A stretch of DNA of 64,000 bases from a virus: IMG/VR virus record IMGVR_UViG_3300022213_000237, positions 96,001-160,000 of that record; one strand, given 5' to 3'. Made by a program: the position numbers and the translations under genes. Each line of letters starts with the position of its first letter. Positions within the stretch are counted from its first letter, which is position 1. The notes under the pieces are model-generated. The model was given only the letters and a program-made list of their open reading frames with translations. It made no database searches and was not told the DNA's origin. Positions 19,476 to 28,777 of the stretch are shown here, piece by piece.

Positions 19476-20651
19476 TTAGTCTTCTTTACCTTGAAGACTG
19501 TTGTCTTCTCGCAAACCAACTTCAGAATCGCTTTCGCGAATACCGCTAGGCGCAGGTCGCCCAGATTCCATGGCATCAAAGTCCAGACCCCGAACCCTCT
19601 TAAAAATCTCGTTGCAAAGGTCGGGATTGCCTTTTAGCGCGAGAATGAAGTCTTCTCGGGAACCAAATTTTGTGTTCTCTCCCTTGGTGGGATATTCGGG
19701 AACCAAATAAGTGCGGTTATTGGGACGCAACACGATTCCTTGGCCTACGCCTAGCAGGAAGGCTTCTTCGTAAACATTGGTAATGCCTTCGTAGTAGTCG
19801 AGAGTGAACTGTCCTACACGACCGGGAACGCCAGTAGAATTCCCCTTCATTGTGACCCTAATTTTATGCGCAGTTTTCTCCGCATGACCCATGACGTCGG
19901 TTTTTGATTCGTCTTCGAACTTCTGATCAAGAAGGTCTGTTTTCCCGTCTTTTGAACGATTTTGTTCTACGAAGATAAAGTACTCGGCAAAGTGCTGAAG
20001 CGCCCAAGCCCCGGCCATTTTGAGCTTGTTGCCACGCATGATTTCGGTTTGGTCCAACTCCGCTCGGGCCTGGGCAACAAGCGACAAAGCTACTTTGTGG
20101 CGACGTAGGGTGCCCTGCACCATAGCGAGACTGTCTTGAATAGTCTTCGCTTGGTCTCCGATTTGCTGAGTCATTATGGAATCTGCATTAAGGGTTCTGC
20201 GTCCAAGGACGTTGGTTATCGAATCAATGGCCACGTACTTGAGAGGCATTCCGTCCTGAAGGTCTTTTTTGATGTCACCTTCAATGTGGTCAAAAATCTC
20301 GTCAGGCTTATTGGTTTCGTAAATCACCAATCGGTCATCATCAATACCGTATTGCTTGCGCATCAATGGCGTTAATTGGAGCCCGGCGCGCATTTCAGTG
20401 GAGAATAGGATTGCGATAGCATTGGGGTCGGACTGATGAAGTTGTCCAATCTTCATGTACACAGCCAAAGACTTGCCTCCTTTGGGAGGACCCCAAAACA
20501 CCTCGCTGTACCCAAGTGGTAGACCGTGAGTCTTACCGTAAATGTAATCGAAAGACGGCGAGCCGGTACGAAGTACGTGGAGAAATGGATTGTATTCCCA
20601 TTTAACGGCGTTATCTTTCTTAAGTAATCGAGTCATCCACTTGTTAGCCAT
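19476..20651 (-). CDS. RecA/UvsX-like recombinase
   Basis: TGSPSFD..GLP.G, Walker A GPPKGGKS, VAIDSI, QIGDQAK, AGAWALQH. Confidence 0.9.
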   Translation of the reverse strand: MANKWMTRLLKKDNAVKWEYNPFLHVLRTGSPSFDYIYGKTHGLPLGYSEVFWGPPKGGKSLAVYMKIGQLHQSDPNAIAILFSTEMRAGLQLTPLMRKQYGIDDDRLVIYETNKPDEIFDHIEGDIKKDLQDGMPLKYVAIDSITNVLGRRTLNADSIMTQQIGDQAKTIQDSLAMVQGTLRRHKVALSLVAQARAELDQTEIMRGNKLKMAGAWALQHFAEYFIFVEQNRSKDGKTDLLDQKFEDESKTDVMGHAEKTAHKIRVTMKGNSTGVPGRVGQFTLDYYEGITNVYEEAFLLGVGQGIVLRPNNRTYLVPEYPTKGENTKFGSREDFILALKGNPDLCNEIFKRVRGLDFDAMESGRPAPSGIRESDSEVGLREDNSLQGKED

Positions 20652-21240
20652 AATGAGGTTTTCCTATAATTTTTTGTTCATCTTCCGATGTGTAAGTAGA
20701 AGCGCTTTGGGGTCGGTTAATGCCGTTAGATAGAGCGTTTACGCTGCTCAAACTGTCGTATACTTTCTTGACGGACATGTAACTTTGCTCGAAAGACTTC
20801 ATTTTAAGCTTCAAAAACTCTACTGCCGCCTCGATCATAGCCACTCGATCCGATAGTTTTTTGTACTCGGCATCTCTTGCAAGCACGGCCCGCCGCATAT
20901 CCTCGCTGCCGGACGGATTGCTAGTTCGTACAAGTCCATGGTCTTTGAAATATTGAGGTGCTATTTCGAGATAAACAATCGCCTTACGTTCTTCAGCGGC
21001 CTGATATGCTTGTTTTAATTCCCATTCCAGTTGCATATGGGCTCTTCCGGATCGCCCATAGCCGTCGATCATAGCCTGCATAAGGTCTGGAGCAGTTACT
21101 TTGTTCACGTGCGCAACTTCTGGCTGCCTAGCTTCAAGGCGGTAGATTTCGTGCATTTCAATCGTAATTGGATCTCGACCCGGTGTACCTGCAGGACAGG
21201 TGAGAATATTACCTAAAGATAGTTCCATAGTGGCTCCCAA
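20644..21240 (-). CDS. Helical protein, possible UvsY-like recombination mediator
   Basis: Coiled-coil protein between SSB and recombinase; call rests mainly on position. Confidence 0.4.
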   Translation of the reverse strand: MGATMELSLGNILTCPAGTPGRDPITIEMHEIYRLEARQPEVAHVNKVTAPDLMQAMIDGYGRSGRAHMQLEWELKQAYQAAEERKAIVYLEIAPQYFKDHGLVRTSNPSGSEDMRRAVLARDAEYKKLSDRVAMIEAAVEFLKLKMKSFEQSYMSVKKVYDSLSSVNALSNGINRPQSASTYTSEDEQKIIGKPHYG

Positions 21241-21249
21241 ATAGAAAGA

Positions 21250-21281
21250 GGTCGCGTTAAATTGTGTGATAGAACGCGACC
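21250..21281 (-). terminator. Probable intrinsic terminator after SSB gene
   Basis: GGTCGCGTT/AACGCGACC inverted repeat followed by TCTTTCTATTT on the - strand. Confidence 0.6.
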
Positions 21282-21299
21282 CCTTCTTATTTCTTGGTT

Positions 21300-22445
21300 T
21301 TATTTAGTGACCGAAAAACCAAAACTCTTGATAAACTCGTCGTCACTAAGAGTCTCTGCCGCCGGGGCACTAGCCGTCTTGGAAGTTTCGACGGGTGCGG
21401 ACATACTAGGTGGCACGAAATCGCTGGTCTTAATCCGCTCTGGAGTATTAGCCTTCTTTGCGGCCTCAAGTTCAGCTTTCATCCTGTCCATTTCTGCCTT
21501 CATGGCTGCCATTGGATCTACTACAGCGGGTGTAGTCGGAGCAGGCTGTGTCGAGACAACGACATTGGTGCTTTTGGCTGTGGCGCCCGGTTCCGGTTCA
21601 TCAGCATCAGGCATTGCGGCATTGCTGATTTCGCCAGTAGAGAAAACGGCATCCACTACTTCGGGGTCGCCACCGCTGGTAACGAGGCGGTTGATTTCTT
21701 CGTACGTCAGGGTACGTCCAAGCTGCGACAAATTATGAGCTTCGGAGCCTAGGCGCTGAAGAACTTCTTGGGTCAATGGCGCCGGCTTAATTAGCTGGGT
21801 GTTGACCTTACGACCTCCAACATCCGCAACAACAGTCTCGGTTACTACCGTAACCGTATGCAGCGTCTGGTTGCCTTTGCCTGAACGATTAAAGTTAAAC
21901 CAGACTCCGCCTTCAACACCGATGGGGTCTACGGGAACGCCGCCATTCGACTTACCACTAACCAAGTCATTGATGACAAGCTGTAAAGCCGCGTAAGCCT
22001 TGTGTGGCAGGACCAGGCGCGTAATTTTGCCATCTGCGGTCAGGGCGTTAACATTCCACTTTTTGTCCAAATTATGAGAAAAAAGCCAGTCGGAAAGTGG
22101 TTGTACCGCCTCCTCGATTTCTTTGTCTGACTTACCCTCTTTCTTAAGAGCTTCTTTTCGAGCTTCTTTGCTCGCAGTGTATTGTGCGATTTGGTCGCAC
22201 TCAGGACACTGAACCTTAATCATCTTCGTCTTGTAGTCTTTCTTTTGGATACAACGAAACGGGCGCATGCCCTTAGTTCCCTTGAATCCCCAATGCAGAC
22301 ACTCATAAACGGCCCAAATCCCTTCCTGCGCTAAATCGAACATCGGAGGAAGGATTCGATAAATATTGTCGCCATCTACAAGACGTGAATTGTTCTTCTT
22401 CTTGGCGCCGTATTGCGGAGCCCCAATTGCTACATTCGTACTCAT
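21300..22445 (-). CDS. Single-stranded DNA-binding protein (gp32-like)
   Basis: GDNIYRILPP, H..C..CPEC Zn site, low-complexity linker, acidic/aromatic tail SDDEFIKSFGF. Confidence 0.75.
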   Translation of the reverse strand: MSTNVAIGAPQYGAKKKNNSRLVDGDNIYRILPPMFDLAQEGIWAVYECLHWGFKGTKGMRPFRCIQKKDYKTKMIKVQCPECDQIAQYTASKEARKEALKKEGKSDKEIEEAVQPLSDWLFSHNLDKKWNVNALTADGKITRLVLPHKAYAALQLVINDLVSGKSNGGVPVDPIGVEGGVWFNFNRSGKGNQTLHTVTVVTETVVADVGGRKVNTQLIKPAPLTQEVLQRLGSEAHNLSQLGRTLTYEEINRLVTSGGDPEVVDAVFSTGEISNAAMPDADEPEPGATAKSTNVVVSTQPAPTTPAVVDPMAAMKAEMDRMKAELEAAKKANTPERIKTSDFVPPSMSAPVETSKTASAPAAETLSDDEFIKSFGFSVTK

Positions 22446-22477
22446 ATTGTCTTACCTTTTGCTGGTGAGTTTGCTCG

Positions 22478-23257
22478 TTACTTCTTGTTATATACTTTAA
22501 GGATCTTTTCGTTTAGTTCTTGAATTAGATCTTCGTCAGTGCTCTGTTCAGTTGCTTCCAATGAAATCGTTGGCGTTGATCTGCCAAAGAGTTTCACCGA
22601 TAAAGATTGCTGCTCATCTGCCGTCAAACCGGTCAAAATACATGGCATTGCGGTAGTAGCGGCCTTGACCTCAAGGGCTTTGGTAAGGATCCGATTCGTG
22701 AGGTCGAAAGCAAGAAGGTCGTCTCCGTTGCTGTTACGAACCGCCTTCTGAACGATATTTTCCACCTCAGCATCGCTTCGGAGCGTCAAATCCATATCCA
22801 TGGAATCTAGTTTGGGCATTTGCAACGTGTGGATCCCGTGCCCTTGCATATATCGCTGCATAACCTGAGTCAGTAGAATCAGCTGCGCCGACATAAACTG
22901 AGGATTCTTTTCATCTAAAGAGGGCCTAACCTGGGCCGCGAATTCCTTGTAAAGAGAGTGACCGTCCACCACCACTGCCCCTTCTTTTCCGGCTCTAACG
23001 GCAAAACTTTCGGCACGAGGTCCGGTCAAAAACACTTTAATGACTGAATTGCTAATCAGTGTCCGATAAGCTTCGGTCAGACTTTTTACCTGATCTTCGG
23101 CTTCCCGCTGGCGAATAACAGCACCGGCACGAGTTGACGCATCCCAGCCATCAAGTGGGGAGTTAAGAACCTTAGTAAAGGCTTCAATATCGTTGAGAAT
23201 GGCTTGAAGTCGTTCTTTTGCTACTTTTGCTTGTTTTTGTTGGTCTGTGAGTTCCAT
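22478..23257 (-). CDS. Hypothetical protein
   Basis: Start at MELTD after an AGGAG RBS; 259 aa. Confidence 0.6.
   Translation of the reverse strand: MELTDQQKQAKVAKERLQAILNDIEAFTKVLNSPLDGWDASTRAGAVIRQREAEDQVKSLTEAYRTLISNSVIKVFLTGPRAESFAVRAGKEGAVVVDGHSLYKEFAAQVRPSLDEKNPQFMSAQLILLTQVMQRYMQGHGIHTLQMPKLDSMDMDLTLRSDAEVENIVQKAVRNSNGDDLLAFDLTNRILTKALEVKAATTAMPCILTGLTADEQQSLSVKLFGRSTPTISLEATEQSTDEDLIQELNEKILKVYNKK
22489..22507 (-). promoter_or_regulatory. AGATC-type promoter motif upstream of SSB
   Basis: AAGATC CTTAAAG TATATA. Confidence 0.55.
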
Positions 23258-23261
23258 TATA

Positions 23262-25355
23262 TTACTCCTGGGAGGTTTCTTCCGGCTCTTCTGAGAGTGG
23301 GGGTGCAACTACTAATATCGCGTCGATCGCAAAAGGTCTGTTGGATTTGTATCGCGTGAGATGCAGTATCGCGATCGACCCAGCCATATCCTTAGGAGCT
23401 TCGAGATGTCCTGATTCTCGATCCGGCCACTTAACGAATAAGAATTGTTCACCATCTACGTCAAAAATTACTTCTACGGCAGATTTAGTTCCACCCTTGT
23501 AGCTGAATCGTCTTTCGGAAATGATATATCCAGCTACCGTGCAGGCAACATGCTGGCCATCATAAATCTCAAATTCTTCGTTATAGTATCTAAGCTGTGC
23601 GCCATCAACCAGCGGCACGGCTTCAAGTTTACGGTCGCTGCCGATACCCATCTGACGCTTCATGTCCGCAATACTTTCTGCAGTACTGGGCAGATACCAA
23701 TAGTTGCCTTTACCGTCGCTAGTGACACCGTCGATCCGCATATCAACCAAAATAGGCACCACGCTGTTGGTGTAAATTGGCAAAATGTTTTTCTGCATCT
23801 GGAATCTAGTCAACGGATTTAAGTCCACGTACTTTTTATCGACTTTACCTTTTTTAGCTTTCTTTCCTGTAAGGGCCTGAGTTACATTCGCCACTTCTTG
23901 TTCGTAATAATCAAGTTTGTCGTTAACGTGTCTCAATTCTGACGGGAAAAGGCTGTCCATAACGCCAGAAACAATTAGCTTGCCGACTACGCCTCTATTT
24001 AGGGCGCTGAGTCCGGCTTTAACTTTTTGCTTACCTTTGGCGTCAAGCATTGGAGTACCGTCTTCGTTTACTCGCAATGTGGCTCCAGCCATCTTTTTGC
24101 GGACTATTTTTTCAACAAAATCGGTGACGCTTAAATATGGGCGACCAGCGCAAAGTTCGGCATGAGCTGTGGGACCAACGCCGTTAATAAAGCTCAAAGG
24201 CGCTCGGATTCTATCGCCCTGGATTTCAAATTCGTCGCCCGAATACCGCACATCCGGTAAGTCGATCCACTGTTTGCAATAACGCCAAAACTTTTCAGCA
24301 ATTTCCTTCTTGTCGGCGTTTTTTAGCACCGCACACCACCACTCGTTGGGGTAGTAATGTTTTAGATAGGCGCAAGCATAGGCGGTGACGGAATAGCAGA
24401 TTGAGTGACTTTTGTTAAAGCCGTATTGTCCAAAGGTGACTATCTGGTTCCAGACCTTCTCCGAGTCTTCTTTACCGATTTTCTCGGAAGCTTTGGCAAT
24501 AAAGTTTGGATACGCTTCCAATACCTTAGCCATCTTCTTCTTCGCAATGTTAGTGCGAAAGGTATTGGCTTCTATGCCAGTGCAACCAGTCAAATGCTGA
24601 TACAACTTCTGTAATTGTTCTTGGTATACAATTACGCCGTAAGTCTCTGGAAGCAGTGCGTCTAGTGCTTTAATTGGATCGGATGGAGGAAGGCCTTTAG
24701 CTCTGTTGGCGTATTCAACCAACATATTATGTTCTCGGCCAGTAATCGGGTCCTTGACCTTAGCATCCAGAGGACCTGGGCGATCTAGAGCCGTGAAGGC
24801 GCTTATTGCTTCAATCGAGTCAATAGCTTTCACACCCGCCGATTTGTCGTAGTTAAATTGAGTCAACCATTGTTTGGCGGAGTTGGTATTGAGCTGGAAT
24901 ACGGTTTCTGTTTTACCTTCGGCAATGTCGTTGAATACGGCTTGGTCTTCGGGAAGGTCCCAAATATCCATTGGCACACCAGTCGTGGGATTGGGTACGA
25001 TACGAAATCCTGGAACTCGGCGACCATTAAGTTTGATATCGGATTCAAAGTCTCGGTCTGGGTATTTTGCTTGAATGAGCTTAATTGCGGCACCGATGTC
25101 CTTCAGGGAATTGAGCCCGAGGAAATCCATTTTCAAACCACCTACGGCCTCAACACTCCCCGCCGTGTATTGGGTGGTACGAAATCCGCTGATAGTGGTC
25201 GTGGGTATGAAATTACTGATGGGCTCATTTGCGATGACAAAGCCGCAATTATGCATTACAACGCCAGAGGCGTGAACGAAACTATGGTGTTCGTGATTAA
25301 CAGATAAATCATATACCTGTTCTGGTTCTTTTATTCGTGCTGATATTATCTTCAT
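23262..25355 (-). CDS. dnaE: DNA polymerase III alpha C-terminal half with N-terminal split-intein IntC
   Basis: 36-aa IntC ending VMHN/C, then GFVI, KMDFLGL, VFQL, RPGP, TYGVIVYQEQ, YGFNKSH, HhH INGVG. Confidence 0.95.
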   Translation of the reverse strand: MKIISARIKEPEQVYDLSVNHEHHSFVHASGVVMHNCGFVIANEPISNFIPTTTISGFRTTQYTAGSVEAVGGLKMDFLGLNSLKDIGAAIKLIQAKYPDRDFESDIKLNGRRVPGFRIVPNPTTGVPMDIWDLPEDQAVFNDIAEGKTETVFQLNTNSAKQWLTQFNYDKSAGVKAIDSIEAISAFTALDRPGPLDAKVKDPITGREHNMLVEYANRAKGLPPSDPIKALDALLPETYGVIVYQEQLQKLYQHLTGCTGIEANTFRTNIAKKKMAKVLEAYPNFIAKASEKIGKEDSEKVWNQIVTFGQYGFNKSHSICYSVTAYACAYLKHYYPNEWWCAVLKNADKKEIAEKFWRYCKQWIDLPDVRYSGDEFEIQGDRIRAPLSFINGVGPTAHAELCAGRPYLSVTDFVEKIVRKKMAGATLRVNEDGTPMLDAKGKQKVKAGLSALNRGVVGKLIVSGVMDSLFPSELRHVNDKLDYYEQEVANVTQALTGKKAKKGKVDKKYVDLNPLTRFQMQKNILPIYTNSVVPILVDMRIDGVTSDGKGNYWYLPSTAESIADMKRQMGIGSDRKLEAVPLVDGAQLRYYNEEFEIYDGQHVACTVAGYIISERRFSYKGGTKSAVEVIFDVDGEQFLFVKWPDRESGHLEAPKDMAGSIAILHLTRYKSNRPFAIDAILVVAPPLSEEPEETSQE
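25248..25355 (-). mobile_element. Split intein C-fragment (36 aa)
   Basis: MKIISARIKEPEQVYDLSVNHEHHSFVHASGVVMHN, followed by Cys+1. Confidence 0.9.
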
Positions 25356-26125
25356 GGATCTATCTTACTAAGTAGCTTTCCGATCTCCAACATCACTTCG
25401 TACGATACATATCTTCCACGCATCCAATTACAGCGTAAACAAGACGGTACACAGTTTTTCTTAATGTGACCTATGTCATTGTTTTTACGATCCAGACCGG
25501 TAGCAGGTCTTCCGCAATAACAACAAGGAGAACTGCGAGCCTCTAACACGTCATCCACGGTAAGATCAAAATCCCTTCTTTTGTCTTTATCTCTTCTAAC
25601 GTAAGAGTGAAGAAGTTTTTTAGCTGCCCGAAGAGTGTTTTGAATTGGGGAGTCTTTAAATCTAGTAGACTTTACACATTCTTTACACCAATAATTCTGT
25701 AGACGTATCACTGACCAACGCTGTTTCCAGCGATGGCCTACAGCGCATTCCCAAGTCGAATGGCATGAAGCTTTGTCGGACCATTCAATCAACTTACCTC
25801 CCTTGAGCTTAACGTATTCGATTGCCTCCTTTTTTAGTGGGCGTTGGCGACGAGAACAAATCCTACATGGATTACGCGGCGGTTCAACCGAACGATAACT
25901 TCCTAATATTGTACTTCCACATTGGATATGGGTAAGTTTCAGGTTAGGTTCTGAAACCCCCTTGTAGTCTCCAGGATTTTCTACTCGATACCCCCATGAA
26001 AACAACTGAGATTCTATGAATTCTTTACTGTGCTTGGTTCTACCAGATCCACGCCTAGCTCGAATGCCTTTTGAATTCCCATCCACCCCTCTACGGTAAG
26101 TATTTGGTGGTCTGGAGTACAACAT
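25352..26125 (-). CDS. Free-standing HNH-type homing endonuclease between split dnaE halves
   Basis: CCYCG..GLDRKNN..GH..N.VPSCLRCN nuclease core, plus Zn ribbon WEC..GH.W..WC..C. ATG 26125 has GGAG 7 nt upstream. Stop overlaps the dnaE-C start (ATGA). Confidence 0.8.
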   Translation of the reverse strand: MLYSRPPNTYRRGVDGNSKGIRARRGSGRTKHSKEFIESQLFSWGYRVENPGDYKGVSEPNLKLTHIQCGSTILGSYRSVEPPRNPCRICSRRQRPLKKEAIEYVKLKGGKLIEWSDKASCHSTWECAVGHRWKQRWSVIRLQNYWCKECVKSTRFKDSPIQNTLRAAKKLLHSYVRRDKDKRRDFDLTVDDVLEARSSPCCYCGRPATGLDRKNNDIGHIKKNCVPSCLRCNWMRGRYVSYEVMLEIGKLLSKIDP

Positions 26126-26295
26126 AGCTTTGCTCCATTTTCTAATGTGTATTCCGTTATCGTTCGAACCCCCTGATTTATTAAAAGGGCCGTGGCGTTG
26201 GCGCCTTGTCCTGTATTTATTATTTGTTCGTTGCATTCGACAATATCCTTTATTTGTCCGTCAGAAAGTAAGATTGCCTCCCGCGCCGGAAGACA
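26014..26295 (-). mobile_element. Split intein N-fragment (93 aa)
   Basis: CLPAREAILLSDG..LENGAKLCCTPDHQILTVEGW, then stop. Confidence 0.9.
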
Positions 26296-28188
26296 GGCGT
26301 GGCGGCTTTTTTGTCGTGCGATACCCAACATTTTCTTAACGATTTCCCATTCTTGTGGGTATCTCTGAATATACTCCTTAAGCTCCTGAGATTCGTCAAT
26401 CAAACCTCTTATTTCTTTTCCGTCGTCACCCGTGTACCCAAACACAAAATCGGCATCATCAACACCCTGAGGCGGCATCGGAAGCTTTTTGCATAAGACT
26501 TCAATCTCAGCATCTACGTGGCCATGTAGTGAACGATGAACATCTTTGATAGATGACTTGAGACGTAGCATCGTATTCGTTGAAATTGCGGCCACGCAAT
26601 CGGCAAAGCGATTAAACAACCACCCGCGCTCGGGGTCGATAAGGGGGTCTCTATCCGGAAAATCCATGTCAATGTCCGGCAGCTTCCCGTCCTCGATACG
26701 GTCCTTCGTCAGAAAGCGGTCTTCTGAGAGGTCGTACTTGAGTGGGTCGACGTGAGTGACACCAAGATAGTAAACTGCGGATAGGCCGCCTGCGGAGCCA
26801 CGACCCGCACCGCTAAGTAATCGTTGTTGTTCGTAAAAGGAACAAACTTCTTCGGCAATAAACAAGTAAGGCAGGAGATCTATTTTGCCGTTGTGATGTA
26901 ACAGTTCTACTTCTTTCTTTAAACGGGATACGCGTGTCGGATTACCCCAATCCATGCGCCCGTGTTTGTCGAGCAGGATCTTAAAATACTTAAGAGTATT
27001 TGATGGATAGAATGACGCAGGTAAGGATTTGCGATCTGTGAATTTGAAGTCCTTGAAACGCTGACTCCATTCAATATTTGAGTCTACCATGGATTCGAAG
27101 TCGCTCTCCGACATCCCCATCACACCTTTAAAGTAAGACCATGCTTCAGCAGAATCGAACCTGTGATACGAATTTGCGAATTTCCACGAACCACCAGAGC
27201 TTCCGAGACGGGAATCCTGGACAATCTTTTCATCTTTGGTGGCGAAATGCGCATCGTCGGAAAGCAATATTTTATCGCCACGAGTTCTAGCGAGATGCAA
27301 CATGAATCGATTGGCGGCCAACTGAACATCGCCATCAGGACACCAAGGCTGGCATTCATTCTTTAGAAAGTCCTCAACGAGCTTGCACTCGACAATGACT
27401 TTGGGTTCGCGTTCCTCCCATTTACGGTTATTCATTACCGCAACCAACAAGCCAACATCCTTACCCCGTGAAACAGCTTTGGCTAAGTCTTCGGCACTGA
27501 CGCCATCCGAGAATTTAGTGGTCTTAAGCTTTTTCTCTTTCCAGAACTTAAATTTCTCTCCGCCTTCAATAGTAACAAAGACACCATTGACCCAGTATTT
27601 GTCACAAACATGCGGAAATACTTCAACGTAGAACTTGTTTCCAAACATCGACTTGAGACGTTCGTAGTATTTAATGGCAATGTCTGGGCGATCCGAAAGC
27701 AGGTGGCGTTGCACCATGCCGATTAGACATCCGGAAGTAGCGGTAATGTTGTATTGTGAGAGTCTTTCTAGATTTTCCCAAGAGAACAACGGCTTCCTTT
27801 CGGAGCCGTGCTGCTCTGCGCGAGCATCAGCTAAAGAAAGTTCTTTGACTAACGCCTCGTATCCCTTTTGGTCTTGGGCGTGAAGCGTAATGTGGTAGTA
27901 TTTGTTGTAGGAGGCGAAAGTTCCTTTAGCGTCCTTTTCGATACCTGCTGCCTTGAGAATCGGGCAATCATCATCTCTAAAATAGCCCTCGACACCCAAA
28001 ATAGGAATAATGTTGTTCTTTTTGGCAAGGTCGTACACTTCACGACATGCGCCCATAGAACCGTGATCAGTACACGTTGTCACTCCCGTACCAAGCTGTA
28101 TTTCTCTTTCTACAAACGCTTCTGGGGTGGAAGCCGTATCTAATGATTGTTGGTGACAGTGAGGAGTTGGAAAATTCTTAAAAGCCAT
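26014..28188 (-). CDS. dnaE: DNA polymerase III alpha N-terminal half (PHP + palm) with C-terminal IntN
   Basis: HCH..SLD, TDHG, GVEGY, DDAHF, GRGSAGG, PDIDMDF, SRHA then intein. Confidence 0.95.
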   Translation of the reverse strand: MAFKNFPTPHCHQQSLDTASTPEAFVEREIQLGTGVTTCTDHGSMGACREVYDLAKKNNIIPILGVEGYFRDDDCPILKAAGIEKDAKGTFASYNKYYHITLHAQDQKGYEALVKELSLADARAEQHGSERKPLFSWENLERLSQYNITATSGCLIGMVQRHLLSDRPDIAIKYYERLKSMFGNKFYVEVFPHVCDKYWVNGVFVTIEGGEKFKFWKEKKLKTTKFSDGVSAEDLAKAVSRGKDVGLLVAVMNNRKWEEREPKVIVECKLVEDFLKNECQPWCPDGDVQLAANRFMLHLARTRGDKILLSDDAHFATKDEKIVQDSRLGSSGGSWKFANSYHRFDSAEAWSYFKGVMGMSESDFESMVDSNIEWSQRFKDFKFTDRKSLPASFYPSNTLKYFKILLDKHGRMDWGNPTRVSRLKKEVELLHHNGKIDLLPYLFIAEEVCSFYEQQRLLSGAGRGSAGGLSAVYYLGVTHVDPLKYDLSEDRFLTKDRIEDGKLPDIDMDFPDRDPLIDPERGWLFNRFADCVAAISTNTMLRLKSSIKDVHRSLHGHVDAEIEVLCKKLPMPPQGVDDADFVFGYTGDDGKEIRGLIDESQELKEYIQRYPQEWEIVKKMLGIARQKSRHACLPAREAILLSDGQIKDIVECNEQIINTGQGANATALLINQGVRTITEYTLENGAKLCCTPDHQILTVEGWMGIQKAFELGVDLVEPSTVKNS

Positions 28189-28197
28189 TACCCCTGA

Positions 28198-28419
28198 CTA
28201 TATCGAGGGATCTGCTAACTTAGCTCTCAACCTCATGACGATATCGTTATAGATCCGATGAACGTCTTCAGCGGTAATCATAAGAGCCTGGGCGACGGTT
28301 CGGTCGGGTGCGCCCTCAGGAAAGCGCTCAATCACTCTAGTCAGACTGTAGTCCAATCTCTTGAGGTAAACAAACTCTGGGTCATTGTTGATACGAAACA
28401 AAGCTTCTTCAGTCGTCAT
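28198..28419 (-). CDS. Stand-alone sigma region-4-like HTH protein
   Basis: RVIERFPEGAPDRTVAQALMITAEDVHRIYNDIVMRLRAKL matches the sigma4.2 HTH pattern. Confidence 0.55.
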   Translation of the reverse strand: MTTEEALFRINNDPEFVYLKRLDYSLTRVIERFPEGAPDRTVAQALMITAEDVHRIYNDIVMRLRAKLADPSI

Positions 28420-28777
28420 GTGGGAACCTGATGATACGGCCCAAATTAACTTGGGCGGCTTGGACTCTAACGCTCTCTAGGTTCTCTTCATGTTCTCGGA
28501 TTTTTTCTTCTATGGCCTTAAGTTTTTCGTCGTCGTTCTTAATTTGTGTCTCGATGTGATGAAGAAATGTTTCCACAGACCTCCATTCCGAAAGCAAACA
28601 AATTTTGGCCGACTTCATACTCTTCAGGTGCTGTCTGTATTTTCTTCTATGCTCTTTAAAATTCTCAATACTTTCTAGAAGCGATGACCGTTCTTTACGT
28701 GCATCCCATATCTTGGTCTTAATTCTTTCGTATTCGCTTTCGCTATCAAGGGCGATAGCCTCGTTATCTCGACTCAC
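28409..28777 (-). CDS. Coiled-coil hypothetical protein
   Basis: 122 aa, charged and helical. Confidence 0.55.
   Translation of the reverse strand: MSRDNEAIALDSESEYERIKTKIWDARKERSSLLESIENFKEHRRKYRQHLKSMKSAKICLLSEWRSVETFLHHIETQIKNDDEKLKAIEEKIREHEENLESVRVQAAQVNLGRIIRFPHDD

Noticed and set aside
25352-26295. Contiguous HNH-containing intein broken by sequencing error or programmed frameshift
   Set aside because: It would need two frame changes, and no canonical slippery heptamer was seen. The IntN/IntC sizes and the ATGA coupling fit a genuine split intein.
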